Below, piece by piece: positions 1-12,296 of a stretch of DNA of 64,000 nt. Below the pieces are notes generated by a model, which was given only the letters and a program-made list of their open reading frames with translations, ran no database searches and was not told the origin of the DNA. The position numbers were made by a program, and so were the translations under genes. The stretch is from Perna viridis (lineage: Eukaryota), in contig CM074520.1 in NCBI GenBank assembly GCA_037379345.1, forward strand, positions 16,719,488-16,783,487. Direction: 5' to 3'. Each line of letters starts with the position of its first letter. The stretch's first letter is position 1.

Positions 1-321
1 ACCAAAGGAAGGCTTGGATTAATTTTGGGGTTTTGAATTGAACTTTTTGGGAATTAGGAGTCAAAATGGGGCACGAAACAAGCATTTTCCTCATGATAAT
101 AAAATGATAATAAATTGAATAAAAATGAATGAACCTTATACAAATTTCACTACAAGGTGCCATGCTGCAAAAGGAATTTTTTGGGTGGTGAATTGAGCCA
201 GGTAAGAGTAAGGATCACAAAAGGACCAAGAACATTTTGTTTTTAAAGTTTTGGATAATAATTTGAGTATAAGGAAATGAATTGCTTTCATAATGTACCA
301 CCAAGTGCCATGCCCAAATAG
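1..321. repeat. Degenerate ~165-bp tandem repeat (Helentron/HINE-like internal array), interrupted by a Penelope-like insertion and resuming at ~1265-1330
   Basis: Recurring motif caaggtgccatgc...aaaggaa...ttttggg at ~1-30, 152-190 and 301-325; the pattern continues as gtgtgggttgatttttgagg after 1265. The family call rests on resemblance only. Confidence 0.4.
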
Positions 322-1264
322 AAAGAGTAATCAAGGGAACCAAGGTTATAGCTGTAAACAAAAGAATGTAAACCAGGGACAAAGACCAGACATGGAAAAC
401 AGACATACACAACAAAGAACATAAAGTAACTAAAATCATACATACAAAGTAACAAAAGTAAATGAGCAACTCGGACTCCACTAAAAACTGGAAGCATGGA
501 CCAGGTGCACCGGTAGGGTAAGCGTCCTCTGCTTTTCTAGAAACACCCACCGAGTTGCTCATAAAAAGTCAAGTCGGGGTAGACAAACAAGTGAAGGAAA
601 ACTATGACCCGTTGAATAAATCAGTTCTCATGGTGCTGATGGATACACCATAACGATCCACGAGTTCATGATAATGATCATAAAACTTCTGTAGTGATGA
701 CTTCAATCTTGTAGCAACATAACCCTGTTCCAGAAGCCTATTTGTTAGAGCTCTAGTGCGATACAAAAAGTGTCTGCATAGTTTCGGCAAGATCTGGCAT
801 AACGTATGAGTTGTGATATGAACACTCCTTACGCAGGAGCCGAAGGGATGTTGCCACAGATGAAAGGAAAGTTGACAATTCTGAATGAAAAGTCATCATG
901 TTTATCGTAAAGTTTGGTCAATAATTTTCCTTTACCATCGATTTCTAAGTGTAGGTCAAGATATGAGGCTGACTTTACAGTGTCTGTAGTATCCTTTATC
1001 TCAAGTTCTTTTGGGTAGATGCGATGTATCAAATCCCCGAAATTAGGATTGTTTAAAGATAATACGTCATCTATATAGCGGGAACTGAGATTGAAGGATC
1101 TAGCCAAACGATATTCTTTCTTTCCGATCAGATCAGCTATAAAGTCAGCCTCATAAGATTGAAGGAATAGGTTAGCAAGTAAAGGAGCACAATTTGTTCC
1201 CATTGGAATGCCGACCGTTTCTTGAAAGACACATCCACCACACTGGACAAATATGTTGTCGATT
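322..1264 (-). mobile_element. Penelope-like retroelement (PLE), 5'-truncated copy A: RT C-terminal half plus 3' UTR
   Basis: ORFs 829-1302 and 602-790 give GIPMGTNCAPLLANLFL, RYIDDVLSLNN, YLDLHL, KLYDKHDDFSFRIVNFP and ...TDLFNGS*, which are PLE-type RT motifs; frameshifted; ends in the family 3' terminus ...cccttgattactctt. Confidence 0.88.
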
Positions 1265-1951
1265 AGGTGTGGGTTGATTTTTGAGGTATTGACTCCAACC
1301 ATTTCTAATAAGGGGCCAAAAGGTGACCGCTTCTATTCTGGTCAAATTCATATACTGTGTCTTGTATTTCTAATCATAATCAAACTTCAAAGCTGTAACA
1401 ACTGTGAATGGTGTGTCCATACTTGCCCCAACTGATCATGGTTCGACATCTGTGGTCGTATTATGTTGCGCTGCATTTTATTCAAAAATGTTTAAAACAT
1501 TACTGTATTTTAGATTAAGCATTTTATATTAAATATCTACAGTTTAATATGATACAAGTAAAATTGAAATAACGTACATACACATCGAGTTTATTCTTTT
1601 ATCTAATTGTCTTGAGTTATATATTCTGTTTCAATTTCTAATATACCGACTGGCGGTTTTGTGGTATGGTATGCCCACTGTTACTGCAGGACCCTCTATA
1701 TAGTGGATAGAGTGACACCAAAGATTTTTAAAATTAGTATTCACTACTTGTCGGCTTGAAGTTACTATAATGCGCCGGAGTGGGTTGATATGACTTATGT
1801 AAGATGTTGCCTCTGTGAGCTGGCGCATCTGTCGTGAATATATATCTCGACAACTAAAAACGAGATTTGTGTATTCATCGATGCCTACCTGGACCATATA
1901 TACCTCCCATGCTAGCTGAATAATTTGAATTAAAGTTTTGTAAAAATCCAT

Positions 1952-2588
1952 TATACTCGGCGTCACATAAATAACATACTGTTAAAATTTGAATACAAAT
2001 ATTTTCTACGACTTTATTGACACCTACCGTCGTTTAAATTGTCTTAAATGACTTGCTCATTCGTTTAGCCAAACGGCTTCTCCCTAAACATTGAATCGTT
2101 AAATTCCGGTCAGATTTTAATTCTAGGTGCCAATATTTACATTGTAAAAAGTCGGCCATGTTTAAAGTGATCGGGTTGCTAGGAGATGTTGTTTACGTTT
2201 AAATGGTTTGTCCAAAAACCGAAGAACCCAGAATGCATTTCGGCGTTATTTCGGATATCTCGGGTTTATTTTACGCGAACAACGTAAAATTCCGAGAAGT
2301 TAATCAAGCAGACGATTGTCACCGGAGTTCGACGGCAACTTACGAACTTCGTTTGTAAACAAATCGTCCCGTAGAAACCAACATGGCGGATATTAGTATG
2401 GGATTTTTCCGTAAGGATTTGTTACGCATGATTTAAGCTAAAAGCGACTTGTTCAGGGAGAAGCCGTTTGGCTAAACGAATGACCAAGTCATTTAAGACA
2501 ATTTAAACGACGGTAGGTGTCAATAAAGTCGTAAAAAATATTTTTATTCAAATTTTAACAGTATGTTATTTTTGTGACGCCGAGTATA
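1952..2588. mobile_element. MITE / non-autonomous DNA transposon with ~139-bp terminal inverted repeats and TA target duplication (Tc1/mariner-type)
   Basis: tatactcggcgtcaca...ctccctaaaca (1952-2090) is the near-perfect reverse complement of tgttcagggag...tgtgacgccgagtata (2450-2588); ~360-bp non-coding interior. Confidence 0.88.
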
Positions 2589-2766
2589 GTGTATGTTTAC
2601 TCTTAAAGTTAAAACCATTGTACTGATAGAAAGAATGGTGCAGCGTGACTTCATCTTTTACAAATTCTTTAGTGTAATCTTTACGAAAATTATCTTTTAA
2701 CTACTTGGAATAATGTGAGAAACACTACTAAACGAAGACTATAAATTTAGACATTGGCCATTTTCT

Positions 2767-3183
2767 AAAAGAGTAATCAAGGGAACCAAGGTTCTAGCGG
2801 ACATCAAAAGAAAGTAATCCAGGGACAAAAACCAAACATGGATAACAGACATGCAAAACAAAGAACATCCAGTAACTAAAATAATACATACAAAATAAAA
2901 AAAAAGCAAATGAGCAACTCAGACTCCACTAAAAACTGGAAGCATGGACCAGGTGCACCGGTAGAGTAAGCGTCCTCTGTTTTTCTAGAAATACCCACCG
3001 AGTTGCTCATATGAAGTCAAATCCGGGGTGGTAGAAAGAGGAAAGGAAAACTATGACAAAATGAATAAATCTGTTCATTTTCATGATGCAGATGGATACA
3101 CCGTAAAGATCCAAGAGTTCCTGATGGCGACCATAAAACTTCTGTATTCAATTTTGTAGCAACATAACCCTGTACCAGAAGTC
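2767..3183 (-). mobile_element. PLE copy B (3' UTR and last RT codons)
   Basis: Colinear with 322-740 (aagagtaatcaagggaaccaagg, atgagcaactc, ggaccaggtgcaccgg, ccgagttgctcat). Confidence 0.85.
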
Positions 3184-5319
3184 GAATAAGAATATATTTA
3201 TAAGTTTTATCTTGTTACTATTCTAAAAATGATTATAGAAATAATACAAATATAAGTTTTTGTAAAAATATATTTCAACTGTCAATATGAAAGAAATGTA
3301 TTTAAATAGTTTGTTTATTAATTAGTTTCAATTAATGAAGTTCGCAATCTGATGCTTTTTTTTTGGTTTCCGACATGTCTTTGAAGATTTAATCAGAAAT
3401 TCTTCTCGTGTAAACTGCAATAGCTGCTGCATTTAAAAAAAAAGGTTAGCATAAAAAAACAGGGTGCTACAATATTTTATATAATTAATGTATCGTTAAT
3501 GCAACATGTGTACATATAGCGGAGAATATCCGTATGTGCATGTACAATAATTATACGTCACGAGGTATGACGTATCTAAATATAAAGGTAACGGGACATC
3601 TTTGAAAATCACATAAATGCAAGAATATCCCCAAATAAAAATTGAATTACCGTAAATTACTGGGAAAAATCTATACTACTAAATGATGAGAGTAGAATTT
3701 TTGTCCGTTCTTATTTATTCATTGTTCATAATTTATTGAACATAAATTATCATTGCAAAATTTGTCTGATTGAAGAGCATAGCAGAAATTTTAGACCTAC
3801 AAATATGCTGAGAAAAAAAAAAAAACAAATGCGCACCGTGTCTCCACGAAATCACAAATCATGACTAAACATTTGCCTAAAATATTTGACAGTGCAATGT
3901 AAAAATATGAAATCAGAAGCACTGAATAAACAAATAAACAGTATAGCCTCTTAATCCCTCTCAACACTAGAAGTTGGTTTTTGTCATATATGTTTGTACT
4001 CTGTGATTTAAAGTTTGTTTCTCTAAAAAGGTACATGTTAAATCATTATTATTAACTGTTTTCTTATTGGCTTTAATAGTATTTAAAGAAGTAGAATGTA
4101 TTGTTTTCATTTTGTTCTTAATAGCTCATGTATTAGTATATGTACATATACATATTTTATAAACGCCTTTGTTCCATAGAGCATTTTCAGACTAAAAGCG
4201 CCTCATGATAAGTGGTAAAAATTATTTTCATTTGCATGATCAAAACACATGAAAATCTATTGTTTTTCCTCGCCAAACTACATTGTACACATAGTGGCGA
4301 GACGTATGATGCCCTCCGAAAAGCACTGTCCGTACACACGTTATCTATATCATAACTTGTATTGTTGTTGTCTTTTAAAATTCTTAAATTTCTTTGCTAT
4401 TTTATGTTTAGTTGACTCATGTAAGCGAAAAAGATTTATCTTATTTTCATGCCCCTAAAATTGGTTGCATTTTAGTGCATTTTCAATGATAAAGAGATAA
4501 TAAGACACCGTATAACATTGCAATGTATATCTAAGTATTCTTTACTAAATAACAAAAAAAAAAAAAAAAATGAACACAATGTTCTCGATTCGATCTGCTA
4601 CATTAGCTTTCCAAAATGTATTTGAAGTTGAAATATGTTAAATATATCGGAACTTTTTTATCGGATGATCACTGGTAGTTAGATTTGTGATACGGTCAAG
4701 TGAAATTTTAGCACGCGTGCCTGTTGATGAAGCGATACAGAAGGGGAAGCTTGGTATACCTCAAAACCAATTTGTTAAGACCTGCTGTGCATTATTATCA
4801 GGATTATGTTAAAAATTGTATAAATTCAACAAATGTAGGTTATGATCTTTCCAGTTCTCCTTAAAATTAGATAACTCCCGTTAATTGTTCAAAGACGATA
4901 AACATAGTCAGTTATCTGGGAACCATCTATATACTATGTTTTATTTTAAAATAATACTTTATAGTAACTAGTTTACAATACAAGATACACATGATTTGTC
5001 CACATTATTTTTCTTCAGCCGAGAGCAGACGATTTACATGTACATATAAGAATGCACCAAATCGTACTTTTGGCATTAGAAAAATGCCATATCGATTTAT
5101 TATATCATTTAAGGATATATATTTTAGAGATGTGTGAAATTGTTGTACATGTACCTTACTTTTTGTAATTGTTTATAAAATATTGTTAACAGTAACGGTT
5201 CCAACGTCAAAATAAAACGTTATTCCCCGAAACGCGAATCCTAACGCGGATAATTTGCCCATGCTGATTGCAAACTGACCCGATAATTTTTTGCATTAAG
5301 TCAGTTTGCCGATTCAAGC

Positions 5320-6070
5320 ATTATCAGCAAGTACATATCAAAGGACGTTTTCTCAATTACCGATTAGTTTTAATCCTTTCTTTTTACGACATCTCTGTAG
5401 ACGGTCTACTGTCATAAATGAATCAACCGTTTATTCTAGAAAGTAAATTTACGAACAAAAATGTAGATGCTATAAACCTTGACAATGTCATACATCATAA
5501 AAAATGTTCCCCTTAATTTTAAGGACCAGATGGTTCCACTTACATCCTACACCTACACTAAACCAATTGCAGTCATGATTCTTAATTATGAAAAAGAACT
5601 GTGCGATCTTTAACTTGCTAATTTTAAATCCAAATTGCCTGCCTGTCTGTTCCTCTTCGCCCTTTCATTATACTCCCGCTGTATATATCATCTCTTGTAA
5701 CCATTGTATTGTTTATGACACTGCTTTACAAGATATTCTTACATAAGGTCCTTAATAATATGAACCCCCATTATAGACATTAATTTGTACATAGAAAATA
5801 CAGGGTGTTTAAAATCGAAAATTTTGAATCATGATGACTTTAATTGCCGCACAGTAAATTTTCCTTTTCTAAATGGCAATATACCAAGTTTTCCAGCCTA
5901 AGAATTATTTGACAGTTTGTCTGTTACTCTCGAGTCTTTGATCTGTACACAGACTTTTTCATAAGAGTTTGGATATTATCAAATAAACTTCTCAATCGTG
6001 CGTAAACTCATTCTTTGTTAATATCATCACTACAGAATATTTACAGTCGATGTCACAATCTGATCGACTT
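5320..6070 (+). mobile_element. Old, divergent PLE remnant of a related subfamily, with an internal deletion
   Basis: Manual translation gives VDAINLDNVIHHK, FKDQMVP, TYTKPIA, SSPFHYTPA (matching the linker of copy G), then jumps to DDFNCRTVNFPFLNGNIP (RT thumb). Many stops and frameshifts. Confidence 0.6.
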
Positions 6071-7695
6071 TTGTAAATGACAAATTATTATTTTATTTGT
6101 TTCCCAATGAATATTTATTACTCTACGTTTTTGTACCAGATATTAATACCAACTAACATATTTTTTTCCTGAGAAAAATCAACCAATCTGAAAGCATGTT
6201 GCACGTCATAATAGATATGTATTAGCTAGAAGCTTATTTATATAATCGAGATAGAAATAAGTATATTCACAAATCGACTATGTTATATGAAAGACATGGA
6301 ATAATATATTCGAGGTTATAACGTGAGTTAATCATTTTTAGGGTAAGAATATTGTTGCGTATGTTTCGTGAAATATTTAACGATTGAAATGAAATAAAAT
6401 GAAAAACAAATACTGAAGTTTGTTGCAAAAACAACAAAAAACAAACTGTAAAATTAAGACTTGAAATAGCTCAAGATCAATCTTGTGAAAATGGATATTT
6501 TTACTTTACTGAGGCGTTTTGGCGGCATGCTACCATCTGTTCATTTGTGCTCAAATGTATTGTACTTATAATAAGTCTATGATATATATACATATAAATA
6601 TCATCATTTAAAATGTTTTGAAAAAGATTGCGCTAGCCTTACAGGCAATACAGCAAGCAAATGTCTTGTTCGCTTTAATGAAATACAACATATATAGGTG
6701 GATGTTAAGGAAACATCCAATGTAATACAATTATACAAACAAAAGTACGCTTGATATTTAAGAGAAATTTTGGAATAACGTTCGTTGGCGATTTTTCAAA
6801 CCATGAGAATATTCCTGATCAATCGAAAAAACCGTTATTGTGATAGACGGTACATCGAAGCAGGATATGTTTGCAAGCTAATAGAAGAAACTAGTTATTG
6901 AGGACTAGGAAATGATAAAAAGATGTGAAATCAATATTTAGTTAATATGTTATATTTGGTCGGTAATCTAACAAATGTTGAAGACCAATTGTCTATTTGT
7001 TAGACGCGTCGAGGAAATGTTTAAATTGCTTGAAAACAAATTGTTGACTTTGGTGTAAAAATCAATTTCAATTTGTTTTCATTTGAAGTATACGACAGCT
7101 TGAACGTTGAACAGGATGGGTTTATTAAACTTTTATTTTGAACATCTGTTGTGAAAACCCGAGGGGAAAAGGACACTTTCTCAGTCTGTGCTTGATTGTT
7201 AAGATAGAGTACAAACGATCGGAGTATAATTGGGTTTAAAACGAATAGTACCATGTACTTATTGCTTCTTTGAAAAAAAAAAACAAGGGTTCCAAAGAAA
7301 ACATAAATCATATTGTGTTTAGGTTGCAGCAAACTTACAATAAAGCCGATGCTTTGATCTTATGACCTAAATTCAGTAGGATGCGGTGTTGCGAAAATTA
7401 TATTCTGTATATTCAATAGTGCACGAAAACTGCTTGAAATTAAGTATGATCTTGGTAGAACTTAATGTGAAAAATCAATAAATAAAGACAAGTTTACAGT
7501 TTTAATGCATGCATCACATCCTACCCAAAGAAAAGACTAACAAACAAGCGGAAACAAAAACAACCTTGCAGATAAGTTTTACTCTTAATCACAAATTTGT
7601 ATTACCAAAGTTAGGTAAGCAATTCATCCTGCATAAATCAATTGGCACTTTTATTTCCTTTGTAAATTTCTATTTGGCAAAGTGATATTAAATTA

Positions 7696-8352
7696 ATGAT
7701 TCATAAATATATATATATATATATAAACCAGAATGAACCTTGTTCTGTCTTCAGCAGTAGTTTTGTATTTATATACTACACTTTGTTTATTTATTCACTA
7801 ACCATAAATTCGTTAAATGAAATAAAGAACCCAAGACATAGTCTACTACTGGATACTATTGGGTGTAAAATAACAAAATTATGCCATATTTTGTACAAAA
7901 ATAACAAAATTATGCCATATTTGTTACAAAAATGACAAAATTATGCCATATTTTGTACAAAAATTACAAAATTATGCCATATTTGTTACAAAAATGACAC
8001 AATTACGCCATATTTTGTACAAAAATTACAAATAGCAAAATTGGATCCATTCGACGTAAAGTTTTTTTTTTTCTCTCGAAAGGCAATAAATTTGAGTGTG
8101 CATACAAAAAATATAGTTTATACTGATGGCAACATTATACACATAAATAAGAATTCTCTTGCCCATCGACTTTAGTTGGAAAACTGTCTATAATAAGTGA
8201 TATAGAGACAAATCATTGATACGATCGATGATAATTTCTTGATCGTCTGTAACCAAAGTAATTCAATTAAATATAACCAATTGATAAATGACGACTTCAT
8301 TAAAGTAACATGCTTCAACAACAAAACATTTTAGTTTACAGAAATGCGTTTT
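7696..8352 (+). pseudogene. Truncated pseudogene of the DUF229 gene (first ~185 codons)
   Basis: ORF 7696-7935 reads VFSSSFVFIYYTLFIYS...IKNPRHSLLLDTIGCKI, matching the 16200 protein. Disrupted by a minisatellite, frameshifts and stops; homology ends at gtttacagaaatgcgtttt. Confidence 0.88.
7871..8035. repeat. 31-bp minisatellite, ~5 copies, with alternating variants (62-bp higher-order unit)
   Basis: atgccat/acgccat at 7881, 7912, 7943, 7974, 8005; units alternate ttttgtac / tttgttac. Confidence 0.92.
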
Positions 8353-10410
8353 TTCTTTCTTTTTTTTTTGTTTTTCATCATACAAGTACGGTTTGGGGCT
8401 CATATTTTCTCTGTACTCTTACAATACGAAACTATTGGAAATAACTTTTCCAAAACAGATAATATTTTACTGCTATCAGGAACTAGCAATTAATTACTAA
8501 ATAATTAGTAGGAAAACTTTGGTAGGATGGTTATTTACTCATACTAGTTAGATAGTATATTTCTTAATGGTGTTAAATCTGAAAAACCATCAAACAATTA
8601 TACGATAAAAATCTGAGCATCTAACATGTGATATTTGAAATAAATAAATAAATGAACAAGCCCTGCCAAATAGAACAAACACTAAAATAAAAAGCAAAAA
8701 CAAAACGAAAAACAAAAAACGAAACATTGAACCTTAAGACAGTTTATAAAAACAGTTAACACAAATCTTTTGCTGGAAAAGCCTTTCGGTCAAGAAATCA
8801 TGATGATTATTTTCATTTCTACCGAAAAAATATCTTAGATTTTAGGGTACTCCCTCCTTCAATTGTTGGAGGATGAATGATGTGGATACAATTGATAAAG
8901 TTCTAGCACTTGAAAAACATTGCTAGAAATATACCAGATTGTATCCCTACTAATATCTCATCCGCCATGTAAATCTTTTCAACTCGACATCGATTCTAAT
9001 GTAGAATTTTAAGATTGATGGGTTTTGAAATTATAATGAAACTATATATTCATGTTTGTGTGTTTGTTTGTTTGTATTTGCCAGTTTTGTTTGTCTTTTT
9101 ATTTGTCTCTCTGTTTTTGTTTATATTCGGATTAGCTTTTAAATTTTTGCTTTGATCGTTTTGTTTTCTAACAGGTAGAAAGCTTCAGAGCTTTTAGAAA
9201 TCTCATCCCACTTATTGGGATTTACATGTATATATGTGAGTGTGTCATAATGAGTACTTAACTTAACACCCAATCTAACAAACAAAACATGCAAAAGCAT
9301 TACAAATGGGTCCACATGAAAAATCAATGGATTTTGTTTAAATTTTGTTTATATGTTAAGATTAATATGAGCATAAAATATCTAGAGTTTTTTTTTGTTT
9401 TTGTTTTTATGCTCTTAGTATAGATGCTACAGCGTCATCGTTAGAATGACAAGATTTCCATTTTTTCTGCTTATTTTGTTGAAACATGACATACTTTGAT
9501 CCCATAATTGTGTATTGAAAATTGTATTTTCTCATGACATGTATTATTTTATACAACCAGTAGCAACTATTCTTCAATATTCAAACCAGAAATGTTCCAT
9601 CTGATGATCCTGTTTCCATAGCAACTGATTAAAAAAATGGCCTTAATTGGCCTATTTTAAATATCCTTTTAAAATAAACTTTTATCTTTTAAAGGCTTAG
9701 AAACTTCCAAGAGATCGTATTTTTTTTTATTTTTGGGATGACACTTTTAGAAAATAGGCTCTTTCATACCATTCAAACAAAAATTGAACTGGGCCTTTTA
9801 TATTTGTAACTATGGTAACCATTTGAAAATTCCCAATTTTTATATATATTTCAGTATACATTAATATATTTTATACTTTTCTCCTTAGGAAAACACATTA
9901 TTTTGAGGCAATAATTATTCCCATCTTTTCCTTCATGAATAAATAACATCTTATTCTAATATAGTTGCATTGTGACAACTGTTGATGCTGTTTATTTCTC
10001 TTTAAGGACCAAATTATTGGAAAAAATTTGCCCTAATCATGGTCTTTCATGACGACAATGCATCTATTTTGGTGCTGACCATATTGTTAATAAATATAAT
10101 TAAACAAAATATTGCTGAAAATAAATGCAAACTATGAACGAGTTATTTCCTCTTGTGCAACTCTCCCCTTGAAAAGCATGAAAACAACATGTAGACCAGA
10201 AAAAAAGACAGAGGGATGATAAAGATGGCTACAGATGAAAACAAGTGTATTCCAAGTATTCATGACAATTATCCATGCAGTTTATCAACACACTACAATG
10301 ACAAAGATTTTTACATAGGACTTAGTGACTGTGACAAGAGTGTTTATGCACACTTCAGATCCATATAAAATGCATCAGTACAAACAAATAACCAAATAAC
10401 CAAATCCTCT

Positions 10411-10636
10411 TTGATATTTGCTTGTGTTGGACTTTATATTAATTCAACTAACTTAAAACATGCCAATGTATGCACATTTTATCGAGTTAAACTTGGACTG
10501 TACTGGAAATGCCGTTCGTCAAAATGCTAACACCCACTTTATTGAGAGGTTAAATGAAAAGCTGACAGAGGGATAACCTACGCTAAGGCAGCAGAAATTT
10601 ATTTGTACTGGAAATATACAGTTTTAGTTGGCAATG
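10411..10636 (+). pseudogene. Decayed Cys/His-rich coding exon, probably from a DNA-transposon gene
   Basis: One frame reads LIFACVGLY...VCTFYRVKLGLYWKCRSSKC*HPLY*EVK*KADRGITYAKAAEIYLYWKYTVLVGN and is followed by a GTAAG donor; 3 in-frame stops. It resembles, from recall only, N-terminal domains of invertebrate DDE transposases. Confidence 0.4.
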
Positions 10637-11411
10637 GTAAGATTATAATTAATGAAGCAACATTTAAGGGACAACCCTTTGATTTGAGAGGTTGAGAGAA
10701 AAAGGGGTGTTAATTTTTTTTCTTTTTTGCAGAAGAATAAGTACATGTACAACAATTTCTCCACTCTTAGGGGAAATGATATTGATTTTATAAAAGATCA
10801 GTAACATGACCATTTAAAAAAAAAATGTTTCCCACTACCCAACTTACCCATATGAAATTTGCCCAACCAAAAATATATTACAAGTATAGACGAAATTTGG
10901 TTTGGAATTACCTGCTCCTGCTGCAGAAATACGAGTATATGGGTAATCAAACTCAAATAAAAAAAATAAAAATGATACTCGTCTCAGTGCTAAAAAGGTC
11001 TTTAGCTCTTAAAAACTTCAAAACTGATGTGACCACTAGGTGTCAAGGTCCTTATAACATTTGTAGATGCTAACAGTGCTGATAAAAATTGTATTGGAGG
11101 CAAAATCACTGACATACCATTCAATCTATGTAAGAGACTTTTCATCTATCCCTGATTTGGATGTGCATAATAAATGTGTTTACAGAACGAAAGTGGCAAG
11201 TCATCTATTGCCTTAAATAGTTATACCGGTATGATTCGTTTGGTTATTTTAAAGGCAACCCTTTCATAATCTTATGATACATTTTATAGAATCAATATTC
11301 ATATTGAAAAAAAAAAGATTTTGCCCACTTCCTTGAAATAATTTTCTCTAGCAAACAAACATAATTTCAAATGTGACCCAAAATACATAGATTTAAAATA
11401 CCTCTCCCTTG

Positions 11412-11918
11412 AAAGAGTAATCAAGGGAACTAAGGTTATAGCGGTAATCAAAAGAATGTAATCCAGGGACAAAGACCCGACATGGAAAAACAGACATACA
11501 CAACAAAGAACATAAAGTAACTAAAATCATACATGCAAAGTAACAAAAGTAAATGAGTAACTTGGGCTCCACTAAAAACTGGGAGCATGGACCAGGTGCA
11601 CCGGTAGGGTAAGCGTCCTCTGTTTTTCTAGAAACACCCGCCGAGTTGCTCATAAAAAGTCAAGTCCGGGGTAGACAAACGAGGAAAGGAAAACTATGCC
11701 CCGTTGAATAAATCAGTTTTCATGGTGCTGATGGATACACCATAACGATCCACGAGTTCATGATGACGACCATAGAACTTCTGTAGTGATGACTTCAATC
11801 TTGTAGCAACATAACCCTGTTCCAGAAGCCTATTTGTTAGAGTTCTAGTGCGATACAAAAACTCTGCGTAGTTTCAGCAAGCTCTGGTATAACGTATGAA
11901 TTGTGATATGAACACTCC
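11412..11918 (-). mobile_element. PLE copy C (3' ~500 bp)
   Basis: Near-identical to 322-828; same 3' terminus. Confidence 0.88.
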
Positions 11919-12243
11919 ACAAGTCCACATTATGTAAATGTTTTCCTCTCTATTTTAGATTTAGATCTTTTAGACTTTTACATTTTAAGATGACATCTTA
12001 GGGTTGGGGTATCATATATAGGGAGCTTTGCTCACTGACTTCTAGTTTTGAAAATATTTTAAGCCCCTTGCAAAGTCAGTAAAACTTGTTGATTATATAC
12101 AGACTAAACAAAAACAACTACGTTATTAATAACTTTCTCTGTAAATACGCCACCATATTTCTAATGTATAACCAAGTTTTCATGTTACAGAAATAACGGC
12201 CCTTGAATTTTAAGAATTTCATAGAAATAAGAGTTTTCTGAAC

Positions 12244-12296
12244 TTTTTAGCCACCTGTCCGAAAGCCATGTGAGTTATTGCCATCACTTGGTGTCC
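12244..12296 (+). mobile_element. Helentron/HINE-like 5' terminal fragment, truncated by the tRNA-headed array
   Basis: tttttagccacctgtccgaaagccatgtgagttattgccatcacttggtgtcc resembles the T-run + subterminal inverted repeat + GTCC start of bivalve pearl/HINE elements (recall-based). Confidence 0.45.

Larger units (their letters stand above)
6645..8352 (+). repeat. Diverged segmental duplicate of ~13998-16758 (upstream region and 5' CDS of the DUF229 gene)
   Basis: Colinear blocks: tcttgttcg..ttaatgaaatacaacatatataggtggat (6665/14011), gaggactaggaaat (6900/14251), aacaagggttccaaagaaaa (7282/15721), ttggatccattcgacgtaaa (8041/16440). Confidence 0.9.
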
